A stretch of DNA of 63,820 nt, counting the filler, from Guillardia theta CCMP2712 (lineage: Eukaryota; Protista; Cryptophyta), in assembly GCF_000315625.1 (NCBI RefSeq). It is 6 parts of 6 records of this genome, joined end to end, with 100 filler letters (N's around TTAATTAATTAA, not from the genome) between each part and the next. Parts side by side here need not be neighbours in the genome. Positions count along the whole stretch, not along the records: positions 7,463 to 26,264 come from NW_005434623.1; positions 26,365 to 47,137 come from NW_005434516.1; 4 more parts are not named here. One strand, written 5' to 3'. Position numbers and translations under genes: made by a program. Under the pieces are notes generated by a model. That model was not told where the DNA came from and searched no databases. It saw only the letters and a program-made list of their open reading frames with translations. Of this stretch, positions 23,866 through 34,949 are shown piece by piece. Each line of letters starts with the position of its first letter. Position 1 is the stretch's first letter.

Positions 23866-25526
23866 GAGGGCACGGAGAGAGCAACAATGAGGAGATGGAA
23901 ACTTGTGCTGGTTTCAAACAATCACGACAAAAGGAGGGCCGGCAGGCTGCATCCAAGTTTGCTGAACAAGAACCGAAAGAGCGCAAGTCGGCAAGGAGTC
24001 TGCAAGAACATGGTCAAGCAGAAACATGTGCATGCGTGCAGTTCTTGGATAAACATCTGAATATGCACCGCTGTGCACTGGATGTAGATACAATACAGAG
24101 GCAACTACACAAATCCAGATGCTAGTACTCTTAATACCCCACCGGCCCCTCATGCTTAAAACAACATTCACCTACAGAGTTTCTCAACAATGTCTAAGTT
24201 CTTGGTGGACTAGCTCTCCAACATTTACAACTCAACGAGGCTAGAGCTACCTCTTCAGACATGATCATCCCGCGTCATCCTCCAAACCTTGATCCAACTC
24301 AATCTACCATCCAAATCAACGTCGTCACAACGGTTCAGTTGAATTTGTCCTCGATTTCTTCTCATCTCAAAGATCAGCCTCACAATCAGCTCATTTATCG
24401 CACTCCACTCCTGCAGAGCAAGCACACCATTCGACCAGCACCCCACTCCATCCCGTGATTGCTTTATCACCCCCTCCCCGCTATCCACCCACCCGGTGAA
24501 AAGCAACAGCCATGTCATCCCCTGGCTATGTGCGGGACCACATCGGCACCTTCCTAGTCCAGCATCGTCATGCGTCTCCACTATCCTCTCTTCTACCTCC
24601 TCCCTCCTCCCTCCCTCCCGTCTCCTTCTCAGAAAGAAGCGCCTTCCCGCCATAGCAGCCTCTCCCTCTCCTCGGATCCGTTAACGGATGTAACTGTCAG
24701 GCAGTTACGTTGGTGCGAGTGCGGGCGCGGCCGCCGCCCCGAGGGGCCCGGGGCCCGGCCGACCGGGCCCGGGCCGCTTCAGTGACTTCAAGTCACACCT
24801 TGAGTAAACCGGGTCCACCTCGGCTGAGTCGATCATTGATGAGTGAAAAAAACATGCAAGGGGGTTATTCCATCGAGAAGGGGTACTTTGAAGCTTAGAA
24901 ATGGGGGTGGGGGTACTAAGGGATGGAGCCGCACCCAAAGTTGCGATGAAGATAAAACTAGTATATAGAGAGACTACTGTAAGTTACAAAAATAGCACTG
25001 TTTGTTATGATACGTCGAGATAAGAAGTCTTTTGAAATATATAAATGAACATTTTAAACCGCTATATAAAAAGGAGTGAGTTGGGAGTCTCCAAGGGAAT
25101 GCGCGGATCCTGTAGGTTTGGGAGGGAGGGAGAGAGTGAGCGAGCGAGGGAGGGAGGGAGGGAGGGAAGGGAGGGAGGGAGGGAGGGAGTGAGGGAGGTA
25201 GAAGCAAGGGAGGGGAGGGGAGGGAGGAAGGGAGGGAGGGAGAGACTAAGAGAATTTTGAGAAAGGATGAAGTTTGGAAAGACGGGACAAGCAGCCCTCG
25301 AGTTGATCTTCTGATCCCTTTNNNNNNNNNNNNNNNNNNNNNNNNNNNNNNNNNNNNNNNNNNNNNNNNNNNNNNNNNNNNNNNNNNNNNNNNNNNNNNN
25401 NNNNNNNNNNNNNNNNNNNNNCCGTGAGTATCAGTGCTGAACCTGTTGTCCCCACGTGCCCAACTTGTTGTTCTACACGTTGTGGCAGACATTTCTGATC
25501 GACTCTCCTTGTCCACAGAAGTAGAC

Positions 25527-26069
25527 ATGTCGGTGTTCCGCAAGGTCCCAGATAAAGATTTGTTTGTGTCGGAGCCAAACCCCATGTGGTGAGTTGTTGG
25601 AACAGAATGATGGAGATGAAAGAAAAGGGCGTCTGTCAAAGGGCGCCTCTTACTCCCCTCTCTCCTCTTTCTTGTCCTCTATCTCCTTGTTTGATATCCC
25701 GTCCTCTGTTTCTATATCCCGCAGCGTACTTTCCACCTCCCTTCCCTCAGCTATTCCTTGCACATGTATGAATTTCTTGACTTCTTCTATATTACGTTAT
25801 CAACCTCTCTCTTCCCCCCCTTCTCCATTCCTCCCCTCCATTCTCCTCTCTCCTCGTTTTCCCTCATTTTCGTCTCAGGTTCGGCAACCCCTCCAACGAG
25901 GCTCTTCCTACCTGGACCAACAAGAACTGGCTCAAGTCTCGCTTTCACTTCTCCTTTGCCGGTCCGCGCTCTCAGTCAACCAGCTGCTGCTGACGGGCTG
26001 CCAGAATACTCCAACTCCAAGAACAGCAACTTTGGAGTTCTCCGAGTTATGAACGACGACCTCGTACAG
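25527..26069 (+). CDS. Pirin / quercetinase (YhhW-like cupin), 5' part, truncated by contig end
   Basis: Spliced exons read MSVFRKVPDKDLFVSEPNPMW|FGNP...NWLKSRFHFSFA|EYSNSKNSNFGVLRVMNDDLVQ, the canonical pirin N-terminus. Confidence 0.88.
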
Positions 26070-26264
26070 GTCGGCTGCTAACTTCCCTCCCCAACTTACT
26101 TCTACTACTCCCTCTCCCTCTCCCACTCCCACTCCCTCTCCCTCTCCGTCTCCCTCTCCCTCTCCCTCTCCCTCTTCTTCTTCCTATTCATTCCTCCCCC
26201 CTCGTCCTCCTCCTCCCTCCCACTCTCTTTTTCCTCTTCCTCCCCCCCCCCCCCTTCTCATTCA

Positions 26265-26364
26265 NNNNNNNNNNNNNNNNNNNNNNNNNNNNNNNNNNNN
26301 NNNNNNNNTTAATTAATTAANNNNNNNNNNNNNNNNNNNNNNNNNNNNNNNNNNNNNNNNNNNN
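26265..26364. other. Artificial contig linker
   Basis: N44-TTAATTAATTAA-N44. Confidence 0.97.
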
Positions 26365-26375
26365 GTCCTACACGA

Positions 26376-26534
26376 CCCTAAACCCTAAACCCTAACCCTA
26401 ACCCTAAACCCTAAACCCTAAACCCTAACCCTAAACCCTAAACCCCTAAACCCTAAACCCTAAACCCTAAACCCTAAACCCTAAACCCTAAACCCTAAAC
26501 CCTAAACCCTAAACCCTAAACCCTAAACCCTAAA
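26376..26534. repeat. Telomeric repeat (CCCTAAA)n with a few CCCTAA/CCCCTAAA variants; chromosome left end
   Basis: Over 20 units at the very start of a contig, in the C-rich orientation expected for a 5' end. Confidence 0.93.
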
Positions 26535-26966
26535 CTAGGATGGAGGCTACTAGGCTAGAGCTTATGATAATTTCAGCTTTAAAAACATGTATTTTTGAAA
26601 TGAATTTAAAAGTACTGGGCATCTCGACCATTTGGCCTCGGCGTGAATCGGCCCTAATCCCTTGAAACCCTTCCTGCGCCCTACCCGGTACGGTCTTTGC
26701 ATAATCCGATCATTCATTATGAGGGTTTCGCCTCAAATTCGGCGGTTCTTTTTTTACTTTTACAGGTTCGGGGTGGCTTCGTGTGCGCGATGGCTTGGGG
26801 CGGATCTCTTTGTACTCCGGCTGATGTGACACAGTGTGTGCTAGAACAGCATATCAAGCAAAGTTTCATTCATGTGAATTTGGTCTGTATTTTATACGCC
26901 AACAATGACACCATAGACTAAACGTTCAATATCAAAACTTCCTGCTTTGTTATTTTGTGCCTTCTT

Positions 26967-29309
26967 ATGTCTGGAAGGAGTTCTCTGCTGTTGCGATTTG
27001 TTTTGCTTCATTCCGTTACTCAAAGAATGATTGAGCCGATGCAAGCTGGCGAGTATATGTCACACCTTAATACCGGGAACCTCGATCCTTTCATTTCAAT
27101 GAACTTGCAACTGCGAGGGTTCGGAACCAAGCGTAGCAGAAGAAAGAAGGCATCAGAATATTTCGTTTCGATGTTCAACTTAAACAGGTTGATTGCGATG
27201 ATTTTTAACTCTAGCTCACTTAGAGCAAAAGCACTGCAGGTCTGTTTTTCGCGCTCCTTTGCGAGTGTACAAGCCAAATAAAGGTATGTCCAACCTAGTT
27301 TTGCAGACCAAAACCTCACTTGCATGTTCTGTCTAGAACATCCGAAAAGAGAAGAAAGCTTGCAAACAGATGATCAAAACGAGCATTCAAAAAAGGGAAA
27401 ATATCTGCTTGTTCTTGATGCCTCGAATGTTATGCATCATGGTGGTGATGGGTTGGATGTTGGAAACTTGCTCGGTTTCCTACACTTTCTTCGTGACGAC
27501 TTTCACTGTAAAGAAGAGGACATACTTGTCATAATCGACTTCTGGGTAGCGAGAAAGTTAGGCAACAACACTCTCGACAACATTCGGAGTTTTCATAAAT
27601 ACACCCGAGTGACTCGGCCTGGAGTCGCTGCAGATGTTCGAATCATGCAGACAGCCTATGCTGTGAAAGCTTGTATTGTTTCTAACGATATGTACGATGT
27701 GTGATGACATTACACTATCCATGCCGACTCTTTTATGGTGCAGGTTTTTTGATTATTGTCCATTTCAAGTTGAATCAAGTAGAATGGGATCAAAGACTGT
27801 TCACTTCAACTCTTCGAGTCATTCGGTACCTACTCTTCCTTAACTGGTTGAAGTGACCCTTGTCCAGCTGCCTGCTGCTGCTGTTGGAGATAAGAGCATG
27901 TGGTACGTGTCAGGAGAAGAGTGGGAATGGGCATACAGGTGGGCTGAGCATTCGTTTCATGTTGCTAATGGATGGAAATAGGCACACGTATCACTTCTCT
28001 AAAAAACAGAGCTGTTGGCGATTATTCCCCTCTCCAAATTTTGAACCTGGTCCAATCTCCAGCCTGAAAACCCAAGATCAAGCAATGTCATTGGATGCTG
28101 CAATACGATCGTTGCACGATGAAGATGTTGACATGGCAATAGAAGATGAGTTGAGAAATATTTCCCTTCCAGAAGTACAGGCAAACAGAAAATCAGAGAA
28201 AAATCTTCGAAAAAAATCAAATCGAAGACTTCAAAAGCTTGCAAGACATTTTGGAGGTTTGTGGAGTCAAGGGCAGGGCCATGCCACCAAAACAAATGTA
28301 ACAAAGCAATTGTATCGTGAGCTGCTTCGGGGTGGAGGGGAGGATGAAGTGAAAACAGATTCACGTCAGCAATTTATAAATCTTGGAGGTTCTAGAATTC
28401 GATTGAAATCCACCAGACAAAAAGAAAATAATAGGAATTCAGAAATGGACAACATCCCCGAAGACAATCTACATATTTGTTTAGAGTGTGGTAGGATTGT
28501 ATGCAGGCAAGAACAGCAGACACCATTTCTCTGCCCCTCTTCGCATCGTAACTTCAACAAATCCAAGTTTTGCTCCTTTGTCTCTGAGGGAAACATCGCC
28601 AATTGCAAACCTGGTACAGGTGTTCTCATTCTCTCTAGACTAGTATCTGACGCAATGCAGGTGTAGAGCAACTAACTCAAGAACGAGACTGTTTGCTTAT
28701 ATACTCTCAAATTGACCCTGAGGTCATCGTTGAGAAGGTTCCATCGTTCTGTGCAGTGTCAGCTCCAACAACGCCGATACCTCAAGGTTGGATTTCAGTT
28801 GATGCAGCCTAAGAAAACCTTTGACAATGTTTTTTCTTTTTGCAGAGTCTCTATCTCTTGCAAAAAGCTGCCCTCCTGCGAGGAGAAGGCATGAGATTCA
28901 AAGAAAATCGAGGCCTTCTTTTACACAACAGTGGGGTAAGATCCAACCATCTTACATTGCAAAGCATTTCTATCCCATAGTGATTCACTGACAAGCAGAA
29001 ACCTTGCGAACCTTGGATATGGATGACAAAACGAGAGCACAAACTGTGAAGTTTCTTGAGTCGTATGAAGAACAGCTCAACAACGAAGATGTCGACAGTG
29101 GTCTAAAGACGATTGAAGATGTCTGCTTGCTAGAAGAAGTCATCAATTCGTACAGTGAAGCAAAGAGCCCTTCACACGAGCAGCGCAAAGAACGAATCAA
29201 AAGGTTAAACGCTTCTTTTTATCTTTATTTTCTTACTGAATGCAGGCTTCTGCGTCAGGGCTTGTGCGACCCTGACGATGCATTGGCATTGTACCATGAC
29301 CTTGAATAA
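26967..29309 (+). CDS. NYN/PIN-fold ribonuclease (Regnase/Zc3h12a-like domain), multi-exon
   Basis: LVLDASNVMH ... ADVRIMQTA ... CIVSNDMYD match the acidic NYN catalytic motifs; a downstream exon has CLECG...C. Exon structure approximate. Confidence 0.72.
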
Positions 29310-29815
29310 TGCCGAGCAATGGCGAGTTTAGAAATTATTAATCAAGTTTATCACGCGCCATAAATACATTTCTTTGAAATTTTAGGTTTTGTGTCGTTAT
29401 AGCTAATATCTTCTACAACTATTTTACGGACCGGACTTTGAGATGTGCAGTACCTTGCGCCCCGTTGAATGGGTCAGAGCGCCGTGACACGTCAGCTAAG
29501 TCCCGTGTGCAGTGAAAGAGCTGACGGTCCATGACAACATCCCCTTATCCAAACCGACTATTTGGTGGCCGCCTGCACCGCTCATTTGCTCATTTGGAAG
29601 GAGTCGGGCGTTGAGTAAAACTTATCCCTGTGCTTCCTCTCTCCTCGCCTGTCATCCGGCCCCTTCGCTTGACAACAATTGCCCTCACTGCCCCCCTAGG
29701 CACCTCTTTGCTGCCCCAACCATCTCCTCCCCATCAGCCCCTGCTTCATCCCTTGCATCGTCAACAAGACATACCATCGCATAGAAAGCGGTTTACAAGC
29801 TGTTTGTCCATACAA

Positions 29816-30436
29816 ATGGACGAGAAGTCAAAGAGAAAAAGTGTAGCACTAGTCTGTCCCAGGAAGAAGAAAGAAGGGGACGCTCCGCAACAAGACGAGC
29901 CAGTTGTGCTGACACGTGAACTTTTGGAAAGCTACTTTCACTGCTCTTTGTCTTCAGTCTCAGAACAGCTTGGAATCTGTCCAACTGCAATCAAACGAGC
30001 CTGCAGAAAGCTTGGAATTGCTAAATGGCCATTCAAAACGCCAAATCCAGGCCCAAAAAAGAAACCAAATGATGCCGGAAAGCAAAATAGATCGACAAGT
30101 CAGACCGAGAAAGCTGAAATAGATTCAGAAAAAGAAGCATCGTCAACAAATATTGGAAACAAGGAGCTGACTTGTTCCAGCTTCAAAGATGTCACCACCA
30201 CTCAAAAGGACCCGAGTCGCAAACCCCCTCCAACAGATGTTAACGAGGGCAACATCTCTCAACATCAAATGCGGCATGACTCTATAATAGAACCTCAATC
30301 AAATTTTCTTGGAACTTCGTCGGGAGTGCTAGATTATGATCCATTCGCAGCAGATACGATCTCTTTTCTAAGAGACGTGTGCAAATGCAAGACAACGTTC
30401 TATCAGCCAGAAGCCGATGAATCGGATGGGTGTTAG
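29816..30436 (+). CDS. RWP-RK domain transcription factor, paralogue 1
   Basis: LTRELLESYFHCSLSSVSEQLGICPTAIKRACRKLGIAKWPFK; intronless. Confidence 0.92.
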   Translation: MDEKSKRKSVALVCPRKKKEGDAPQQDEPVVLTRELLESYFHCSLSSVSEQLGICPTAIKRACRKLGIAKWPFKTPNPGPKKKPNDAGKQNRSTSQTEKAEIDSEKEASSTNIGNKELTCSSFKDVTTTQKDPSRKPPPTDVNEGNISQHQMRHDSIIEPQSNFLGTSSGVLDYDPFAADTISFLRDVCKCKTTFYQPEADESDGC

Positions 30437-30689
30437 CTAGTTGTGAGAATGCTGTATTCAGTCACTAAATGAACAATTTTCAGTCATGATGAAATAAGCC
30501 CTCAAATCCTGATTGCAAACTTGAACCATGGCACAGATCTGCAGCCTTTTTCATTCGTTTGAAAGTCAGTGGAGAGCTTAGTTGGAGTATCATAGTATCA
30601 TACCGTGCTTTTTCTTTCAAATCATTTCAAGCAAAACATTCGCTCCTAAAACAGTATGTCCTGTGCGTGCTCTGGAACATGAGGCCGGC

Positions 30690-31260
30690 CAGGTATGCTA
30701 TGCGGGGGCCATGGGCCATGGCTCGGATTGCCCGGCCACTGGCCATGACATGCCCGGCGCTAAACACACGGATAACCGCTTGAAAGCCTAAGCTGCCCGC
30801 TTCGCTCAGTAACTTGGCCTGGCGCCGCTCAGCGCCTGGCCGCCCGGCGTCTGAGTGCCGCCGCGACACTCGAACATCCCGAGTCCGCTGATCCGATGCC
30901 ATGATCGGACCGGCGTTCACGGCACTGCGGCCCAGGGCGGCCAGTGCCAGTGGCCGTAGCGCGGCCTCAGGCTGCCTGGCAGGGCCGTGCGGGCCCGGGG
31001 CCGCCGGCCTGAGAGTTGCCAGGACCGTCGGATCGGACGGTCCGCCAGGGCCCGGCCCCGCGGTCACCCCGGCCCGGAGCTCGGAATGCGGGACTGAGTC
31101 CGATCAGTACAGTATGCAGTCACGGTGCACGGTCGATCGATGCACGTGACAAGCCCCGCGACGTTGGCACGTCGGACGGTCCAACATATCCCAGAGAAAT
31201 ATGAGTCTCCCGGTACTATTATACAGGTACTGTTCCGACGTGCCCAGCCGCATGCGGATT
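30690..31260. other. GC-rich intergenic island
   Basis: Same vocabulary as the other islands. Confidence 0.6.
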
Positions 31261-31644
31261 GATGGGTGTCCGTTTTTCTCTCGTAACGTGTCGGAGCCTC
31301 TCCGATGAGTGACTGGTGTACCTCAACGGTTGGCCGCAAGAGGCTGGCGGATGTCTTAAAATTAACCAGGATCGTCAGCGACGCCTTGTTGTCTGTCATT
31401 GATTGTCAGCGCCCTGCGAAAAAAATTATTGAAAACAGATCTTTTCACTCCCGAGAAGGGTTGTTCTTTTGGGCCCTGCCCTTCAAAACCTCCCCGCGAC
31501 GCCGAACAAGACACCACACCTTGCACTGCCTCCCACCTTCCACATCAAACAACACCAATCTCCTTCAATCCGTTGTTGCCGTTTTGTCTCCAAAGTTTGC
31601 AACTCTTGACAGCTCCATATCTGAAACCCCAAACTATCGTAAAC

Positions 31645-32109
31645 ATGCGCAAAGCACAGATTGAGAAGCGACAAGTAGCTATTGTTTGTCCAAGAAAAAA
31701 GAGCTCTCAGAACGAAGACCCGATCATCCTCACCAGAGAGCTACTTCAGACGTACTTTCACTGCTCTCTTTTCCAAGTCTCTGCTGAACTAGGGATCTGC
31801 CCAACAGCTATCAAAAGAGCATGCCGGAAACTTGGAATTGCCAAATGGCCATACAAGACACCAAACCCCGGGCCCAAAAAGAAGAAAAGAGATGATCAGC
31901 CTGAAATTCAAATCTGGACTACTCCTATCTTTGTAATAGACCATCTGGCATCTAGTTTGCGGTCCTTTCCAAGCTTGCCTTTACAATCGGATCCTTTTGA
32001 GGAGGAACGCGAGGGCTGCTTTGCCGACTTGTCGAGGTCTCTGTCTAGTTATTACGGAATACACGAGCTTGAGGATTGCAAGGAAGACCAAGAATGCTAT
32101 TTAGTCTGA
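31645..32109 (+). CDS. RWP-RK domain transcription factor, paralogue 2
   Basis: LTRELLQTYFHCSLFQVSAELGICPTAIKRACRKLGIAKWPYK; intronless. Confidence 0.92.
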   Translation: MRKAQIEKRQVAIVCPRKKSSQNEDPIILTRELLQTYFHCSLFQVSAELGICPTAIKRACRKLGIAKWPYKTPNPGPKKKKRDDQPEIQIWTTPIFVIDHLASSLRSFPSLPLQSDPFEEEREGCFADLSRSLSSYYGIHELEDCKEDQECYLV

Positions 32110-32513
32110 CATGTCAAATCAAGAGGGGTTTGCGATTTGTACATAAATGAAAAATAATTGATGCAGCGAATTTTTCACGCAAAATATTTCAACACGTTGT
32201 TTGTTAAATTTTCAGCAAAGGCGCATCGTGATTGTCAACGACATGTACTTTTGATGGGATCATAATCTCTCTTGTATTGAATCAGCTACAAAGCAACTGT
32301 TTACTGTACGAGATGATATTTCTCTTGGTCAATGTTGCTATAACACTTTGAACAGTTTTGTATTTGGTGCTTGTGTAAACCTTGAATTCAAATGAATGAG
32401 AAACATACAATGCAGAAAGTTGTTATTGCAAGGTTTCAGTAATGATGCATTCTCCAACAAATGCATCGTGCATTTCAGCACTGATCAAGCACTAAGTAAA
32501 ACTGCTGTGAATT

Positions 32514-32590
32514 CTGAATCCATCATGATCCTTTAGATCCATCATGATCCCTAAACAACTGAATCCATCATGATCCCTAAACAACTTTAA
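32514..32590. repeat. Short tandem repeat (ATCCATCATGATCC core x3)
   Basis: Directly visible. Confidence 0.75.
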
Positions 32591-34283
32591 TGATACTCAT
32601 TGCCACCCTAGATTTTATCTTTGCGTGGTACTTGTGAATTTCATTGCTGAGGACCAATCAAAAGCATGCTTGAACAAAAAGACGACGTGGCCACTATCCG
32701 TTGTGTCATCATTTGTGTTCTGATATGACCTTATATCAAACCTGTTAGAGACAATTCAAGAATGCACTTGATTGACATCAGGCAGGTTAAATTCATATGT
32801 CAAGAAAACAGATAGAAATGGATGAGATCACAACAGTATTGTAGCAGAATGGCTTCGGCAGAAACATGATAACGAATTTGATTCCTTTATTAATGAGTGA
32901 TGCACAAAAAGGAGAAGAAAGAGAAAATGCGAAAGATGAAGGGAAAAGGAAGAGGAACTTGAAAATAGCTTCAACAAGGTTGTCGATACATTCTCTGTGG
33001 TAATGGATATCCTTTCATGTGCTAAGCAGAAATATGTTAGTTTAGAATTGTCTGTGAGGGGTACATGTCGGTCCTGGTCCGTGATGGCATTCAATGTAGC
33101 AGTCGGTGAACACATAAACGATGCGTATTACAATAGGAATCGAAGTACAAATGTTTCGACAGCATCATCATTTCCAAGAATGATATCAGTATGAATAAGC
33201 AGTGGAATCAGAAGGGAAATGGGAAACATTTTTGTATCTCGCTCGGCTATACCCGACAAGATGTTGACAGAAAAATGTGTGCTTACATGAGGCAAGTTCT
33301 GCCTTCATCATGCTTGAAAAGCATCAATCACTAGAAAGCTCCAGTTTCAAATGCCTCCTACTCAGGCTATGTTTTCTTTGTGCTGCACAACAGGCAGCTA
33401 TTTGTAAAGATCTTCTTTTTCTCGTGATGTTGGATCCTTGGATTTCGGATTGCAATATCCTTTCAGTGTTCTGGGATCTTTAGCTCAAATAGATACATTT
33501 CACATACCAACGATATACCTTTACGAACGTCATCAAACGCCCTCTTCTTTTACATACATTTCACTTTTAGTTGATTTAATTGATCACAATGTTGCAAACA
33601 TGACAAGATATATATCAAAGGGCGTGCACGAGTAGACTTGAAAAACATTGATACGAGAGTATCCGATTTGTCATGTTTTCTTTGGATTTCTTGCACACTG
33701 CATCTTCAGGCCATAACCGTCATGTTTTCTCACTTAGAATTCCATCCTGCACGTTGCGGTACAATAGATGCTAACGACCGTACCGTTACTGCAGTCAGGA
33801 CACGCAGTACATTCGTTGTATCTCCGTCACATCAGTAAAGAGGGATTTGCACCTGTTTGGCACAGACAGTCATCGCCCCGGTGCTCAAGCGATGTATTTC
33901 TCTGTCTTTTCATTCTGAAAGGCTATGACGTTAAGAATCCGTTGTCAGCAGGGACTATTCCCATCCGTAGGAGCCATTCCTAGAGTTTCAGTACCCGTAT
34001 CAAATACAGTATTGATCACCACCCCTCATCAAGGGACGATGTCATGGCCGGTGTTCCTTCGTGACGGTCAAATCAGGCCGAATACAATAATACAACGGTT
34101 CGTCGTAGACACGGAGCCTTTTTGGTACAAAACATTTGTCAGCAACTTCCTGCGATGACCAATCCTAACCGACATTATGTAACTGGGAGTTTAAACCTAA
34201 TTTTAAGCCAGAGGCACCCACGGCCATTCCGTGTGCGCCGCCATTCGCCTATCGTGACCACGAAGATCTCTACCCAACAAACC

Positions 34284-34907
34284 ATGGCATGGACACGACC
34301 TGAAGATCTTGAGCGAAGGATTGCAGCAGCTATTGTATGCCCGAGGAGGAAGCGAACGGAAGTGCATGAACCACTGGATGAGGGGGAAGCCGAAGGCCCT
34401 GTTGTGGTCACAAGAGCACTGCTGGAAAGCTACTTCGATATGCCGCTTTCTACAGTATCCAAGGAGCTTGGGATTTGTCCAACGGCAATCAAACGAGCAT
34501 GCCGGAAAGTTGGGATCCTGAAATGGCCTTTCAAAACACCTAACCCCGGACCGAAGAAAAAGAATGGCCAACCTTCAGCTACGACTCAACCGGTTCAAAA
34601 AGCACCATCTTGCGACCAATATTCCAGCGCGACCGATCTACCTGCTGCTTCCTTCACCGCCTCACAGCAGCATCTCTCAGAGTGGACACAAGTTCCTCCG
34701 CCAGTTACCATGACCTTCGAAGACATTTGCAACCAAGTGCAGTTCTCCTGCATCGAGGGCTCAACTGCAAGTAGCTGGAGCAAAGACGTCTGGCAGGATG
34801 ATACGTGCATGTCTGTTCAAGCTCCCGATCCCAACATTTTCCTCGCCTTTACAAATGTCGAGGAAGAAAATGATTTTGATATGAATCACACCATGCTAAC
34901 TTTTTGA
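34284..34907 (+). CDS. RWP-RK domain transcription factor, paralogue 3
   Basis: VTRALLESYFDMPLSTVSKELGICPTAIKRACRKVGILKWPFK; intronless. Confidence 0.92.
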   Translation: MAWTRPEDLERRIAAAIVCPRRKRTEVHEPLDEGEAEGPVVVTRALLESYFDMPLSTVSKELGICPTAIKRACRKVGILKWPFKTPNPGPKKKNGQPSATTQPVQKAPSCDQYSSATDLPAASFTASQQHLSEWTQVPPPVTMTFEDICNQVQFSCIEGSTASSWSKDVWQDDTCMSVQAPDPNIFLAFTNVEEENDFDMNHTMLTF

Positions 34908-34949
34908 CTGTAAGATATTTTTTTCTTTTTATTTAATATATGAATTGCG

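Noticed and set aside
26365-26376. CCTACACGAC before the telomere
   Set aside because: Matches part of an Illumina adapter or is a chance 10-mer; no biological claim
28470-28560. CLECG...C as a possible TnpB/Fanzor zinc finger
   Set aside because: No RuvC motifs and no second CxxC/DxNAA
32200-33900. AT-rich spacer between RWP-RK genes with short ORFs
   Set aside because: No recognisable motif or consistent reading frame
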